From Candidatus Oxydemutator sp. (GTDB lineage Bacteria > Pseudomonadota > Gammaproteobacteria > Poriferisulfidales > Oxydemutatoraceae), in NCBI GenBank assembly GCA_965203445.1, contig OZ241883.1, positions 928,001 to 992,000 on the forward strand: a DNA stretch of 64,000 nt. The letters are read 5' to 3'. The notes under the pieces are model-generated. The model had not been told where the DNA came from. It saw only the letters and a list, made by a program, of their open reading frames with translations, and made no database searches. Shown piece by piece: positions 31,787 through 42,248 of the stretch (positions are counted from its first letter, which is position 1; each line of letters opens with the position of its first letter). Both the position numbers and the translations under genes were made by a program.

Positions 31787-32882
31787 TGTATAGGGCCAGA
31801 AACATTCTGGACAATATCTTAGCCGCAGAAAGGTAGCCGACATGCAAATAAAGCACGTCGGCTACCGCGTCCCAGGGTTGCGTAAAATAGCTTCCTATGC
31901 AAACCGAATGGAGGCTATTATGGCAACGAGTGCCGAACGCAAATACGACGCCCTCATATTCTGGGATAATCATGGCTTGCCTGCAACCCAAGACGCCTTC
32001 GGGGTTTCGCGCAGCACCCTGTATGCGTGGCGCAAGCGCCACCGCGAAGGCGGTCTCAGTGGGTTGCACGACGTCAGCAAGGCGCCCAAGAACAGGCGGG
32101 TGCGGCGGTGGCCGGTGGCGGTGGTCCAAGAGATCAGACGCTTGCGTGAGCGCCACCCGAATTTAGGCAAGGAGAAGGTTCACGTGCTGCTGGTTGCGTG
32201 GTGCGCCAAGCGCGGGGTGAGATGTCCCGGGGAGCGCACGATAGGCCGCCTGATAGCGGATGCCCCGGACAAGATGCGCAAGGTGGCGGTTCGCCTGGAC
32301 AGTCGCGGTCGGCGCAAGGAGTTCAAGCGCCGACCGCGCCAGCGCTTGGGCAAAGACTTCCATGCCGGGCATGCAGGCCATTGCGTGGCGGTTGATACGA
32401 TAGTGCGCTTCGTGAGAAACAGTCGCCGCCATATCTTCACGGCGACGGATCACAGCAGTCGCTTTGCGTTGGCGTTGGCCAGTCGCCGCGCCAGCAGTCG
32501 CGACGCGGCGTGTTTCATGCGCCTGGTGTGCGAAGTGTTTCCGGGGCGCATCGAGAAAGTGCTGACGGACAACGGCAGCGAGTATCAGGGAGAGTTCGAC
32601 GAATACCTGAAGCGTGCGGGTATAGAACACTGTTACACTTACCCGCGTTGTCCGAAGATGAACGCATTATGCGAGCGCTTCAACAGAACCGTGCAGGAGG
32701 AGTTCGTGGACTACCGGGAAGACAGATTATTTGATGATCTGTATGCTTTCAACGATGCGTTGTTCAGGTATCTGGAACGCTACAACGGCGAGCGCCCGCA
32801 CCGGAGCCTGGGGAATATCACCCCGTGCCAAGCCATCCAAAAACAACTACCTCATTTGTCCAGAATGTGGTGGCCTCATACA
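31787..32882 (+). mobile_element. IS481-like insertion sequence, 1096 bp, 5-bp TSD GCGAA
   Basis: TGT...ACA ends, ~27-bp imperfect IR; GCGAA at 31782-31786 and 32883-32887. Confidence 0.9.
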
Positions 32883-33047
32883 GCGAATTTATCGCGAACT
32901 ATATATAATGCTCGACACCATTTTGAGTTATTGGTGTGTGGCCGGGGGCGCTTGTTGTTGCGGTGTCGCGGGCGGCGGGACTATGCCGTGCGGTTGTATC
33001 CATCCGGCCAGGTAGCCGGCTATCAGCAGCGCGAAAGCGGCGATTGA
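31842..33047 (+). CDS. IS481/rve-type DDE transposase (reads through the right IR)
   Basis: HTH GVSRSTLYAW, VAVDT, LTDNGSEY, CERFNRTVQEE, YNGERPHRSLG. Confidence 0.88.
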   Translation: MQIKHVGYRVPGLRKIASYANRMEAIMATSAERKYDALIFWDNHGLPATQDAFGVSRSTLYAWRKRHREGGLSGLHDVSKAPKNRRVRRWPVAVVQEIRRLRERHPNLGKEKVHVLLVAWCAKRGVRCPGERTIGRLIADAPDKMRKVAVRLDSRGRRKEFKRRPRQRLGKDFHAGHAGHCVAVDTIVRFVRNSRRHIFTATDHSSRFALALASRRASSRDAACFMRLVCEVFPGRIEKVLTDNGSEYQGEFDEYLKRAGIEHCYTYPRCPKMNALCERFNRTVQEEFVDYREDRLFDDLYAFNDALFRYLERYNGERPHRSLGNITPCQAIQKQLPHLSRMWWPHTANLSRTIYNARHHFELLVCGRGRLLLRCRGRRDYAVRLYPSGQVAGYQQRESGD

Positions 33048-33197
33048 CGCCGCGATCCGCAGCTTCAGTGCCTTCAGCGTGCGCCCGGTTCGGCCCCTGT
33101 CCCTGAGCAGCGAAACCAGGGCCGAGGCGAGGCTTGCAATCATCACCAGAAACAGCGACCCGACGATAATTTTGAACCAGAGCATCCCGACAAGCAT
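32928..33197 (-). CDS. Twin transmembrane helix small protein (DUF2909-like)
   Basis: IASLASALVSL...KALKLRIAAS...GWIQPHG; divergent from SURF1. Confidence 0.75.
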   Translation of the reverse strand: MLVGMLWFKIIVGSLFLVMIASLASALVSLLRDRGRTGRTLKALKLRIAASIAAFALLIAGYLAGWIQPHGIVPPPATPQQQAPPATHQ

Positions 33198-33263
33198 AGC
33201 ACGACGCCGGCAACGACCCCGTGGGCATGGGCCGGACGGCCTGCGGTACGACGTTTCCCGCCG

Positions 33264-33998
33264 ATGAAATTCTGGCGTCTCGAGTTTTCCGTTCTGGGGT
33301 TGCTGCTGACCGTGCTGCTGGCGAGTCTGTTCAGCGGCCTCGGCCGATGGCAGCTGGAGCGTATGCACGAGAAGCGCGTGATGGACCGCGAGCTGGCCGA
33401 GCGCACGCGGCTGCCGGCGGCGGACCTGCCGCGCGATTTCAGTGGTTCCGGCGGCCTCGAGGCGTGGCGCTATCGCGCGGTGCGCATCGAGGGCACGCCG
33501 CTTGCGGCGCGTCAGTTTCTGCTCGACAACGAGGTGCGCAACGGTCTCGTCGGCTTCTCGGTGCTGACGCCGTTCGCGCTGGACGACGGTCGCGTGGTGT
33601 TGGTCGACCGCGGCTGGGTTCCGATAGGCGCGTCGCGCAGCGAGTTGCCGCGGGTGCCGCTCGGCGGGCACCGTCGCCGCGTCGAGGGCCGCGTCTATGT
33701 TCCGTTCGGCGAGCCCTTCACGTTGGGCGACGACGACGCCCAAGCCGATGCCTGGCCGCGCGTTATCGCCCACCTCGATTTCGGCGCGATTGCGGGGCAC
33801 CTGGGTGCCGAAGTGTTGCCGCTCGTGATTCGGATGGACGCGGCCGCGGAAGACGGCTACCTGAGGAATTGGCCCAAGATTCCGATCTCGGCGGACAAGC
33901 ACCTTGCGTACGCGGTGCAGTGGTTCGCGCTGGCGCTGGCGGTCGTCGTCATTTTCACGTTGCTGAACTTCAACCGCAAAGCCGCCCGATGGTGGTGA
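33264..33998 (+). CDS. SURF1-family protein
   Basis: LGRWQLER, VLVDRGWVP, HLAYAVQWF. Confidence 0.92.
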   Translation: MKFWRLEFSVLGLLLTVLLASLFSGLGRWQLERMHEKRVMDRELAERTRLPAADLPRDFSGSGGLEAWRYRAVRIEGTPLAARQFLLDNEVRNGLVGFSVLTPFALDDGRVVLVDRGWVPIGASRSELPRVPLGGHRRRVEGRVYVPFGEPFTLGDDDAQADAWPRVIAHLDFGAIAGHLGAEVLPLVIRMDAAAEDGYLRNWPKIPISADKHLAYAVQWFALALAVVVIFTLLNFNRKAARWW

Positions 33999-34588
33999 TG
34001 CCGCGGTCGCGCCTGAAGCTGCTGGGCTTGATGGCCGCGTTCGCCGGGCCCTTGCTGCTGGCGGTCGTCGTGTATTTCTACCCCGGCCATCTCGCGCCGC
34101 CGCCGTCGAGCCACGGTGAACTGATCGAGCCGGTCGTGGTGCTGGACGATCTGCGCGCGCGCGACCTGATCGGCGCGCGCGGTGCCGAACCCGCGCCGTC
34201 GGACAACCTTCTGCGCGGACGCTGGACTTTGCTGTTTTGGGACGGCGCCGCCTGCGACCTGCACTGCGAGGCCGGTCTGTTCAAGATGCGTCAGGCGCGG
34301 CTGGCGTTGGGCCGATACGCGGCGCGCGTGCGCACCGCCTATCTGCTGCCGCCGGATGCACCGCCCGCGATCTCGCCGCCGGAATTGTCCCAGCGCCACC
34401 CGAAACTCGTCATCGCGCGCGTGGATTCGGCCACGCGCGCGGCGGCCGCGCTGGCGCGATTGCCGCGCGGGCGCGTGTACATCGTGGATCCGCTCGGCAA
34501 TCTGATGTTGGGCTACGCGCAAGACGCGACGCCCCACGGCATAGTGCGCGATCTGAAAAAACTGCTGCGCGCGTCGCGGATCGGTTGA
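33989..34588 (+). CDS. Membrane-anchored thioredoxin/SCO-like oxidase assembly protein
   Basis: TM helix, GRWTLL, CxxxC, YIVDPLGNLML, DLKKLL. Confidence 0.75.
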   Translation: MVVMPRSRLKLLGLMAAFAGPLLLAVVVYFYPGHLAPPPSSHGELIEPVVVLDDLRARDLIGARGAEPAPSDNLLRGRWTLLFWDGAACDLHCEAGLFKMRQARLALGRYAARVRTAYLLPPDAPPAISPPELSQRHPKLVIARVDSATRAAAALARLPRGRVYIVDPLGNLMLGYAQDATPHGIVRDLKKLLRASRIG

Positions 34589-34633
34589 TCGGGACGCCGC
34601 TCCGCGACCCGCCGGCCGGGCCTGTATAGGGCC

Positions 34634-35653
34634 TTGACTTACTTTCAGAAACTGGCCAGTTGCACGGCGGTTGTGACGCTCGCGGTCATCGTGCTCGGCG
34701 CCTATGTCCGCCTGACCGACGCCGGTCTCGGCTGTCCCGACTGGCCGGGCTGCTACGGCCAGTTGCTAGGCGTCCCCGAACAAATCCCCGAATGGGCGCA
34801 GTCGACGTATTCCGCGCGGCCCCTCGACGCCGGCAAGGCGTGGCGCGAGGTCGCGCACCGCTATCTCGCGGGTTTTCTCGGCCTGTTGATCTTCGCGTTG
34901 GCGGCGTTCGCCGTGGCGCGCCGCCGCGAACCCGGACAACGCCTGTGGTTGCCGCTGGCGCTGGCGTTGGTCGTCGTCGCCCAGGCGCTGCTCGGCATGT
35001 GGACGGTGACGCTGCTGTTGCAACCGCTGGTGGTCGTCGCGCATCTGCTCGGCGGTTTCACGGTGCTGGCGTTGCTGTGGTGGTTGTGTCTCGACCACTG
35101 GTTCGTGCCGCGCGCGCGACCGGCGAGGCCGTCTGCCCTGACCGTTGCGGTGTTGCTCGGGTCGGTGTTGCTCGTCGTGCAGATCGCGCTCGGCGGCTGG
35201 ACCAGCGCGAACTATGCGGCGCTGGCGTGCGCCGATTTTCCGCTGTGCAACGGACAATGGTGGCCCGCGACGCGCGCCGACTTTGCCGAGGGCTTCCGGC
35301 TGCCGCTGGCGTCCGGCGTGGATTACGAACACGGCACGCTCGCAAGTCCGGCGCGGGTGGCGGTGCATTTCGGTCACCGGCTGGGGGCGCTGGCGGTCAC
35401 CGTCTATCTGACGTGTCTGTTGGTGGCGGTGTTTGTGGCTGCCCCGGCCCCTAGCCGCGGCCTCGTCCGCGGCACTGCCGTGGGTGTGGCACTGCTGCTC
35501 GGTGCGCAGGTGGCGCTGGGGGTGTCGAACGTCGTCTATCAGTTGCCGTTGGCGGTCGCGGTCGCGCACAACGCGACCGCGGCATTGCTGTTTCTCGCGC
35601 TGCTGACGTTGGTGCGCGTGCTACAATCGCCGGGTACTCCCGGGAAACCGTAG
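34634..35653 (+). CDS. ctaA: Heme A synthase (COX15/CtaA)
   Basis: GLGCPDWPGCYG, EVAHRY, HLLGG, HRLGA. Confidence 0.92.
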   Translation: MTYFQKLASCTAVVTLAVIVLGAYVRLTDAGLGCPDWPGCYGQLLGVPEQIPEWAQSTYSARPLDAGKAWREVAHRYLAGFLGLLIFALAAFAVARRREPGQRLWLPLALALVVVAQALLGMWTVTLLLQPLVVVAHLLGGFTVLALLWWLCLDHWFVPRARPARPSALTVAVLLGSVLLVVQIALGGWTSANYAALACADFPLCNGQWWPATRADFAEGFRLPLASGVDYEHGTLASPARVAVHFGHRLGALAVTVYLTCLLVAVFVAAPAPSRGLVRGTAVGVALLLGAQVALGVSNVVYQLPLAVAVAHNATAALLFLALLTLVRVLQSPGTPGKP

Positions 35654-35710
35654 GCGCGGTCTTTTGGCGATGGGGCAAGGGCGCGTTCCGACGGTTTGGG
35701 CAAAGCTCCA

Positions 35711-36634
35711 ATGACACCGTCTTCCTCCAAAATCGGCATCGCCGCGACGTCGCGCCGGGCGTTGCCCGACGTGATCAAAGACTATCTGGAAGTGTGCAAG
35801 CCGAAAGTGGTCGCGGTCATGCTGTTCACGGTGCTGGTCGGCATGTTGCTGGCGGCACCGCTGACGTTGTCGCCGGCGACGTTGCTGGCGACGCTGGCCG
35901 GTGTCGCGCTGGTCGCGGGTTCGGCCGCGGCGATCAACCAGGTCGCCGATCATCGGATTGACGCGGTGATGCGGCGCACGCGCGGGCGCCCGCTGCCCGC
36001 CGGCAACCTGTCGCCGCGCCGGGTCCTGGCGTTCGCGGCGATTATCGGCGTTGCCGGCACCGTGATTCTGGCTTTGTGGGTCAACTTGCTGACCGCGCTG
36101 CTGACGGTTTTGTCGCTGGTCGGATACGCCTTCGTCTATACCCGTTTTCTGAAGTATGCGACGCCGCAGAACATCGTCATCGGCGGCGCCGCCGGGGCGA
36201 CGCCGCCGCTGCTTGGCTGGACCGCGGTTACCGGGCAGGTGGACTTCCCGGCGTTGTTGCTGTTCCTGATTATCTTTGCATGGACGCCGCCGCACTTCTG
36301 GGCGCTTGCGCTCTATCGCAAGGACGACTACGCCGCCGCCGCGGTGCCGATGCTGCCGGTGACCCACGGCGAGGACTACACCCGGCTGCACGTTTTGTTG
36401 TACACGCTGCTGCTGGCGCTGATCACGATGCTGCCGTTCGCAACCGGCATGTCCGGCGCGATCTATTTGTTCGCGGCGCTGCTGCTGAACGCGGTTTTTC
36501 TCTACTATGCCGTGTCGCTGAAAATTACGCGCCGCCGCGACAAGGCAATCGAGACTTTCGTGTTTTCGATTATCTACCTGCTGTTGCTGTTCGCGGCGTT
36601 GCTGGTCGACCGTTATCTGTCGTTTGTCACCTGA
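35711..36634 (+). CDS. cyoE: Protoheme IX farnesyltransferase (heme O synthase)
   Basis: IDAVMRRTRGRPLP, QNIVIGG, WTPPHFWAL. Confidence 0.95.
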   Translation: MTPSSSKIGIAATSRRALPDVIKDYLEVCKPKVVAVMLFTVLVGMLLAAPLTLSPATLLATLAGVALVAGSAAAINQVADHRIDAVMRRTRGRPLPAGNLSPRRVLAFAAIIGVAGTVILALWVNLLTALLTVLSLVGYAFVYTRFLKYATPQNIVIGGAAGATPPLLGWTAVTGQVDFPALLLFLIIFAWTPPHFWALALYRKDDYAAAAVPMLPVTHGEDYTRLHVLLYTLLLALITMLPFATGMSGAIYLFAALLLNAVFLYYAVSLKITRRRDKAIETFVFSIIYLLLLFAALLVDRYLSFVT

Positions 36635-36638
36635 TTCG

Positions 36639-36983
36639 ATGACGGTTTTACACTACGCTGCCCTGATTTTTTGCGTTCTCGGCATTGCCGGTGCCCAGGT
36701 GTTTCTAAAGTTGTGCGGTTTGCAGGTAAAAGAGAACGGGCTGCTATCGTTGCTGTTTTTTGGGCCCTTCTACATTTCCGCGACGATGTACGTGTTCCTG
36801 ACGTTCTTGTGGATATGGGCGCTACAGGACGTTCCGCTGTCGCGTGCGTATCCACTGATGGCGATTACGTTTATCGCGGTGCCCATCCTCTCCAAGGTTT
36901 TTTTCGGGGACTCGTTGTCTCTGGCATATTGGGCGGGGACCTCGCTGATCGTGGCCGGCATGCTTCTGGCAGTGCGGGCGTGA
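36639..36983 (+). CDS. Small EamA/ArnE-like transporter
   Basis: 4 TM helices; WIWALQDVPLSRAYP. Confidence 0.7.
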   Translation: MTVLHYAALIFCVLGIAGAQVFLKLCGLQVKENGLLSLLFFGPFYISATMYVFLTFLWIWALQDVPLSRAYPLMAITFIAVPILSKVFFGDSLSLAYWAGTSLIVAGMLLAVRA

Positions 36984-37002
36984 CCGGCGCGCGCCGGGCG
37001 CG

Positions 37003-37863
37003 TTATGGCGCAGCGACGGTCTCGCGCAGTTGGGCGATGGCCTGGCTTTCGATCTGGCGGATGCGCTCCGGCGATACCTTGTAGCGTTTCGCCAGTTGGC
37101 GCAGCGTTGTTTTGTCGTCCGACAGCCGCCGCGCCTTGAGGATTTCGAGACTGCGCGGGTCGAGCCGCTTCATCGCCTCGAACAATTTTTCGCGCTGGTA
37201 ATCGCTCCACTGTTCCTGCTCCAGCGCGTGCGCCGGGTCCGCGGCCGGTTCGCTTTGCAGGTAGTTGGCGGGGGCGACGCGGTTCTCGTCGTCGTCGCCG
37301 TGGGGGTCGAAACTGATCTCGCGCCCGCTCAGACGGCTTTCCATTTCGAGCACTTCCTCGGGTTTGACGCCCAGGTCTTTCGCCACTTGCTCGACCTCGT
37401 CGCGGTTCATCCAGCCGAGGCGCTTTTTCTCGCCGCGAAGATTGAAGAACAGCTTGCGCTGCGCCTTCGTCGTCGCGATCTTGACGATGCGCCAGTTGCG
37501 GATGATGAACTCGTGTATCTCGGCCCGTATCCAGTGCACCGCGAACGATACCAGGCGCACGCCGATGGCCGGATCGAATTTCTTGATCGCCTTGAGCAGG
37601 CCGATGTTGCCTTCCTGGATCAGGTCGGCCAGCGTCAGGCCGTAGCCCAGATAACCGCGCGCCACCTGCACGACGAAACGCAGGTTGTGCAGCGCCAGTT
37701 TGCGCGCCGCCTCGACGTCGTCGTCCTCGTGGTAGCACAGCGCCAGCCGCCGTTCCTCCTCGGCCGCCAGCACCGGCACGCTGTAGGCGGCCGCGATGTA
37801 GGCGTCGAGACTGCCTACCGGCGCCAATGCGGTGGGGTTTCTCTCTATCAGATTTTTAGCCAT
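37003..37863 (-). CDS. rpoH: RNA polymerase sigma-32 factor
   Basis: DLIQEGNIGL, RpoH box KIATTKAQRKLFFNLR. Confidence 0.96.
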   Translation of the reverse strand: MAKNLIERNPTALAPVGSLDAYIAAAYSVPVLAAEEERRLALCYHEDDDVEAARKLALHNLRFVVQVARGYLGYGLTLADLIQEGNIGLLKAIKKFDPAIGVRLVSFAVHWIRAEIHEFIIRNWRIVKIATTKAQRKLFFNLRGEKKRLGWMNRDEVEQVAKDLGVKPEEVLEMESRLSGREISFDPHGDDDENRVAPANYLQSEPAADPAHALEQEQWSDYQREKLFEAMKRLDPRSLEILKARRLSDDKTTLRQLAKRYKVSPERIRQIESQAIAQLRETVAAP

Positions 37864-38022
37864 CGGTATCGTTATGGTACCATAATCCGTTCAATAACGG
37901 CGCGGGAGCACGTGCGGTCTCGACCGTCGACACTTTCCGTAACAGTGTTTGCGAGTGTCCCGTGATGCGTACTGATAGCCTGATGACCATGTCGGTTCTC
38001 CCGTCGTAAGACGCCGCAAAAT

Positions 38023-39540
38023 ATGACGACTCCTGCAAAGACTGAAAAGGCAAAACTTTCCGCCAGGAGCGTTCTTTGCGTCGGCGCCGGTCCCGCCGGC
38101 CTGACCGCCGCTTACCTGCTAAGTAAAAAGAAAATCCCGGTGACGGTTACCGAAGCCGATCCGATGTATCTTGGCGGTATTTCCAAAACGGTTTCTTACA
38201 AAGGTTTCTGCTGTGACATCGGCGGCCACCGCTTTTACACAAAATCCGCGGAAGTGAGAGAGCTCTGGGACGAGTTTCTGGGAGAGGACTTTCTGCGTCG
38301 TCCGCGCAAATCGCGCATCCACTACCGGGGAAAATTGTTCGACTATCCGTTGCGGATCGGCAACATATTGCGCAATCTCAGCCTGATTCAGCTCACTTGG
38401 TGCATGCTTTCCTATTTGAAGGTATCGCTGTTCCCGATCAAAAATCCCCGAAATTTTGAGGAATTCGTCACCAACTACTTTGGCCGCCGCATATTCCAGA
38501 TCTTCTTCAAGACGTACACCGAGAAGGTATGGGGAATGAAGTGCTCGGAAATCTCGGCCGATTGGGCGGCCCAACGCATCAAGGGTCTGACGCTGGGATC
38601 GGCGATCAGGAGCATGCTGTCCTTCGGCGGCAAAAGCCGTCCGGTAATCAAGACCCTGATTGATTCTTTCCACTATCCGCGCAAAGGCCCCGGGATGATG
38701 TGGCAGAGCGTCGGTCGCAAAATCGAAGGCTGGGGCGGCAGCATCGAGATGGGTTGCCGCGCCGTGCGCCTGCGTCGTCTCGACGGCGGCGGCTGGGAGG
38801 TCGTCTCGCGCACGGGGCAGGAAGTCGAGACGCGCCACGAGGCGGACATCATCGTATCCTCCGTTTCCCTGCGTGAATTGGTCAGCTGCCTCGAACCGGC
38901 CCCGCCGCCCGAAGTCGTGGCCGCCGCCGATGGGTTGCGCTACCGCGACCACCTGACGGTCGGCCTGATCGTCAAGGATCGGAATGTATTCGACGACCAG
39001 TGGATCTACATCCACGACCCGGATGTAAAAGTCGGTCGCATTCAGAATTTCAAGTCATGGTCGCCCGAAATGGTTCCGACTCCGGACAAAAGCTGCTACG
39101 GCATGGAATACTTTTGTTTCGAGGGCGACGGTTTGTGGGCCGGCGAAGACGCTGATCTGGTGAAGCGCGCGACGAGGGAGCTCGTCCAGCTTGGGCTGGC
39201 GCGTTTGGACGACGTGACCGACGGTTTTGTCGTGCGCCAGGAGAAGGCGTATCCGATCTATGACGACGGCTACGTCGAAAAGGTCAAGACCATTCGTCGT
39301 TTTCTGGAGTCTGAATGTCCGCGTTTGTACCCCGTAGGTCGTAACGGTCTGCACAATTACAACAGCCAGGATCACTCGATGATGACCGCGATGCTCACCG
39401 TCGAAAACATCGTCTGCGGCGAAGTGCGTTATGACGTCTGGAAAGTCAACCAGGACGCCGAATACGCCGAAGAGTATCGTGAATCGGACGACGGCGGCCG
39501 GCTGATACCGCGAGGCGTGGGGGGTAAGGCAGCAGGCTAA
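38023..39540 (+). CDS. FAD-dependent oxidoreductase (HemY/Glf-like, glycan-associated)
   Basis: GAGPAGL, DIGGHRFYTK, GRNGLHNYNSQDHSM. Confidence 0.8.
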   Translation: MTTPAKTEKAKLSARSVLCVGAGPAGLTAAYLLSKKKIPVTVTEADPMYLGGISKTVSYKGFCCDIGGHRFYTKSAEVRELWDEFLGEDFLRRPRKSRIHYRGKLFDYPLRIGNILRNLSLIQLTWCMLSYLKVSLFPIKNPRNFEEFVTNYFGRRIFQIFFKTYTEKVWGMKCSEISADWAAQRIKGLTLGSAIRSMLSFGGKSRPVIKTLIDSFHYPRKGPGMMWQSVGRKIEGWGGSIEMGCRAVRLRRLDGGGWEVVSRTGQEVETRHEADIIVSSVSLRELVSCLEPAPPPEVVAAADGLRYRDHLTVGLIVKDRNVFDDQWIYIHDPDVKVGRIQNFKSWSPEMVPTPDKSCYGMEYFCFEGDGLWAGEDADLVKRATRELVQLGLARLDDVTDGFVVRQEKAYPIYDDGYVEKVKTIRRFLESECPRLYPVGRNGLHNYNSQDHSMMTAMLTVENIVCGEVRYDVWKVNQDAEYAEEYRESDDGGRLIPRGVGGKAAG

Positions 39541-41225
39541 CTGCGAGACTGCCCTGCGTTCGCAGACGTCTCGTAAAGATACAGGTGATACTCGGAATCG
39601 GATATGATGGCGTCTCCCCGGAAGGACGCGAGCGCTCGAATCGTGCGCCCTGCGACGGGTTTTGTTGACAGAGGGCGATTTAATATCATCAGCACCCTGC
39701 CGCCGGCGCGAGTGGCAAGCGCTTGTGTTTGCGCCAGCAGGGTCGCATCGTCAATCTTGAGTCGCTCGGTGTCCCAGCGCACGAAAGAACCCTCCCGGTT
39801 CCCCTTGGCATAGTGGATTTTTCGTTTTCGTTGCAGGTGCCCGACCACGGTGCTGGCGATATAGTCTCGTTCGCCGATCATCGGAAGGGAGTCCAGGCCT
39901 TCGGCTTCGATGTATGCGGCCGTTTGTTTACCAAAAGAAAAGGGACGCTCGACGTCGTCGGCGACGGCTTTCAATCCGCTGAACGCGTGGACTGCCAGGA
40001 AGACCGTCAGCAGAGTCCCGATGACGGGGCTTGCGGCAGGCGGCGATGTATTCCCCTCTTCCCGTTCCTGGTTGCGAAACCGAAAAGTGAAATATCTTCC
40101 ACTCCAGACCAGCAGCAGGATGGCAATCAGGAGAAAGCCGTAATGGCGCACAAAGTGCAGGGACACCATGTAGGAAAAGGTCAACAACCCCGTTATGCAG
40201 CAAAGATATATAGCCAAGGCAGCGGGTTTTTTCCAATAGCAGGCGATGGGTGTGGCCAGCGCACCGGCGACTGCCATTGGCAGTATGATTTTCAACGGAG
40301 TGGCCAAGCCCGGCGAGAAATCTGGGCCCGCCAGGTCCAGCCCCATGGTCTCGGTAAAATAGGACCTTGCCAATTGAGTTTGTGCGGAGTCCAAGCCCAG
40401 TCCCGCGCTGAACGCGCCCAGCGCATTCATCGCAATCTCCCAGCCCCGCCAATGATCTAATGCCAGGAACCAACCGCCGCGCGGTGCGTCAGCCGCCGGG
40501 TTCATCTGCAACATGGAGAGCAGAATCCCGGCGGCGGCGAGGGCAAATCCGGCATAGTTCCTTCGCAGGTTCACGGTTCTGTCCTCCGCCAGGGTTTGGC
40601 GGTTGAGAAAATACTCCAGCGCCAAGCCCGCCATGACACTGATGGCGACGATGCAGGCGAGAACATGGGTATAACTCATCAGGAACAACGCCAACGCCAG
40701 CCGCAGCGGCTTCTGGTGGCGCTGCTTCAGCAGTACGCACGTCACGACGACGAGCAGCAGGGCGAGCGCATAATGGCGCGAAATCAGCCCGTATTCGTAC
40801 AGAGGGAAATAACCGAAGACGAGCAGTATCTTGTGCAACGGCTTGAACGGCGCGTACTTTGCAATGACAAAAACGGTGGTGGAGGCGATTGCCAGATGGA
40901 GAATCTGCATTGCGAACGGCGAGGAAGTCAGCCGCGTTATCGGCATCAGCAGCAGATGCCACAACGGCGGATGGCCCTCATATTTCATGTTGCGCAACAA
41001 ATCCAGCACTCCCGCGCTGTCGCGCGCGAGCAGCCAGGGCTGGATTTCGTCGCGCCACATCTCATGGTGCAACATGGCGTAGAACAGGACCAGGGCATAG
41101 ACTGCGGTCAGCGCCGGGGCGAACCAGGAGGCGTCGCCGATGGACGAGACGGGGTAACCAGGTCGATGCTTCTCTTGCAAAGAGCCTGCGGTGTCTGATA
41201 AGGGCTTATGGTTCTGATCGTCCAT
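39537..41225 (-). CDS. Multi-pass membrane protein, GT-C glycosyltransferase-like
   Basis: HEMWRDEIQPW, YEGHPPLWH, more than 10 hydrophobic segments. Confidence 0.65.
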   Translation of the reverse strand: MDDQNHKPLSDTAGSLQEKHRPGYPVSSIGDASWFAPALTAVYALVLFYAMLHHEMWRDEIQPWLLARDSAGVLDLLRNMKYEGHPPLWHLLLMPITRLTSSPFAMQILHLAIASTTVFVIAKYAPFKPLHKILLVFGYFPLYEYGLISRHYALALLLVVVTCVLLKQRHQKPLRLALALFLMSYTHVLACIVAISVMAGLALEYFLNRQTLAEDRTVNLRRNYAGFALAAAGILLSMLQMNPAADAPRGGWFLALDHWRGWEIAMNALGAFSAGLGLDSAQTQLARSYFTETMGLDLAGPDFSPGLATPLKIILPMAVAGALATPIACYWKKPAALAIYLCCITGLLTFSYMVSLHFVRHYGFLLIAILLLVWSGRYFTFRFRNQEREEGNTSPPAASPVIGTLLTVFLAVHAFSGLKAVADDVERPFSFGKQTAAYIEAEGLDSLPMIGERDYIASTVVGHLQRKRKIHYAKGNREGSFVRWDTERLKIDDATLLAQTQALATRAGGRVLMILNRPLSTKPVAGRTIRALASFRGDAIISDSEYHLYLYETSANAGQSRS

Positions 41226-41294
41226 GGTTCCGCTATTGATTTGTTCCTCGGTAAATTTTTGTGTTTTGCCTTGACGGGCTTGCGTGAGTTCCGC

Positions 41295-42191
41295 TCATAG
41301 ACTCGAGTGTGCTTCGGGGCGATCTGCTCCGGCCCCCCTTCGGGTGCCTTCCATCCAGTCGAGATTGCGCCCGACAACCAATTCGGTCATTTTCGCGTGG
41401 TGGGTGTTTCTCATCGGAATCGGCTTTGCCGCCAACCCGTGCCGGGACGCCATATCTTTCACTTCGTCGGCGTTGTCGTACGTCATGATGAAATCGCCCT
41501 TCAATTTGCAGCAGTGGTCAAAAAGCAATTCGTGATCCAGATCGCAGTATTTGTACAGCCGCTTGCCGGCTTTTTTGCCGCCCGCGGTGTAGGGAGGGTC
41601 AATGAAAAAGACGGCGTCGGTCTTCCGGTATTTTTTCAGCACCTCGAAAGCGTCCGTGTTCCGGAATTGCAGGCGTTCGCGTATATGGCCAATATCGCGC
41701 AATCTTCGGGCCAGCGTGGTCGGATACCAGCGCGACGATATTCCCTTCCCCGCTTCTCCGTTTTTCAGGAGGCCGGAACCCGCCGCCAGTATCCCTCCGT
41801 GGAACGTCCTGTTTTTGATGATGGTTCTGAACGCGCGCTCTTTGTTTGTTTGCGTTTTTTTATGCAATTCCCTGAGTGCATTTTCCCTGGTCATGACAAA
41901 GTTCGCAATGCGTTTTGCAAGCCACTCGGAGTCCCCGCCGACAACGGATTTCCAGACGGCGGCGATGTCTTCGTCCAACTCGACCATCAGGGCGGCTTCG
42001 ACGAGATTCTCGAAAACGGCGGTCAGCGACACAATCCCGCCGCCGGCAAACGGTTCCACGAGCAGCCGGGGCTTGTCCGGTTGACTGCGGATCCACCGAC
42101 GCAATTCGGGCACGAACCAAGTCTTTCCGCCAGGGTACCGAAAGGGGCTGCGCTGCGGCACCGAGGCGACGTTCACGGTTTTCTGCGACAA
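41295..42191 (-). CDS. Dam/D12-class DNA adenine methyltransferase (start uncertain; lies just outside TnpB element A)
   Basis: SPFRYPGGKTW, EPFAGGG, FIDPPY. Confidence 0.85.
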   Translation of the reverse strand: MSQKTVNVASVPQRSPFRYPGGKTWFVPELRRWIRSQPDKPRLLVEPFAGGGIVSLTAVFENLVEAALMVELDEDIAAVWKSVVGGDSEWLAKRIANFVMTRENALRELHKKTQTNKERAFRTIIKNRTFHGGILAAGSGLLKNGEAGKGISSRWYPTTLARRLRDIGHIRERLQFRNTDAFEVLKKYRKTDAVFFIDPPYTAGGKKAGKRLYKYCDLDHELLFDHCCKLKGDFIMTYDNADEVKDMASRHGLAAKPIPMRNTHHAKMTELVVGRNLDWMEGTRRGAGADRPEAHSSL

Positions 42192-42248
42192 GGGGATTAG
42201 ACAGGGGATTAGACGCTGTGGAACGGCGGCTGAGGCAGTGGGATATTT

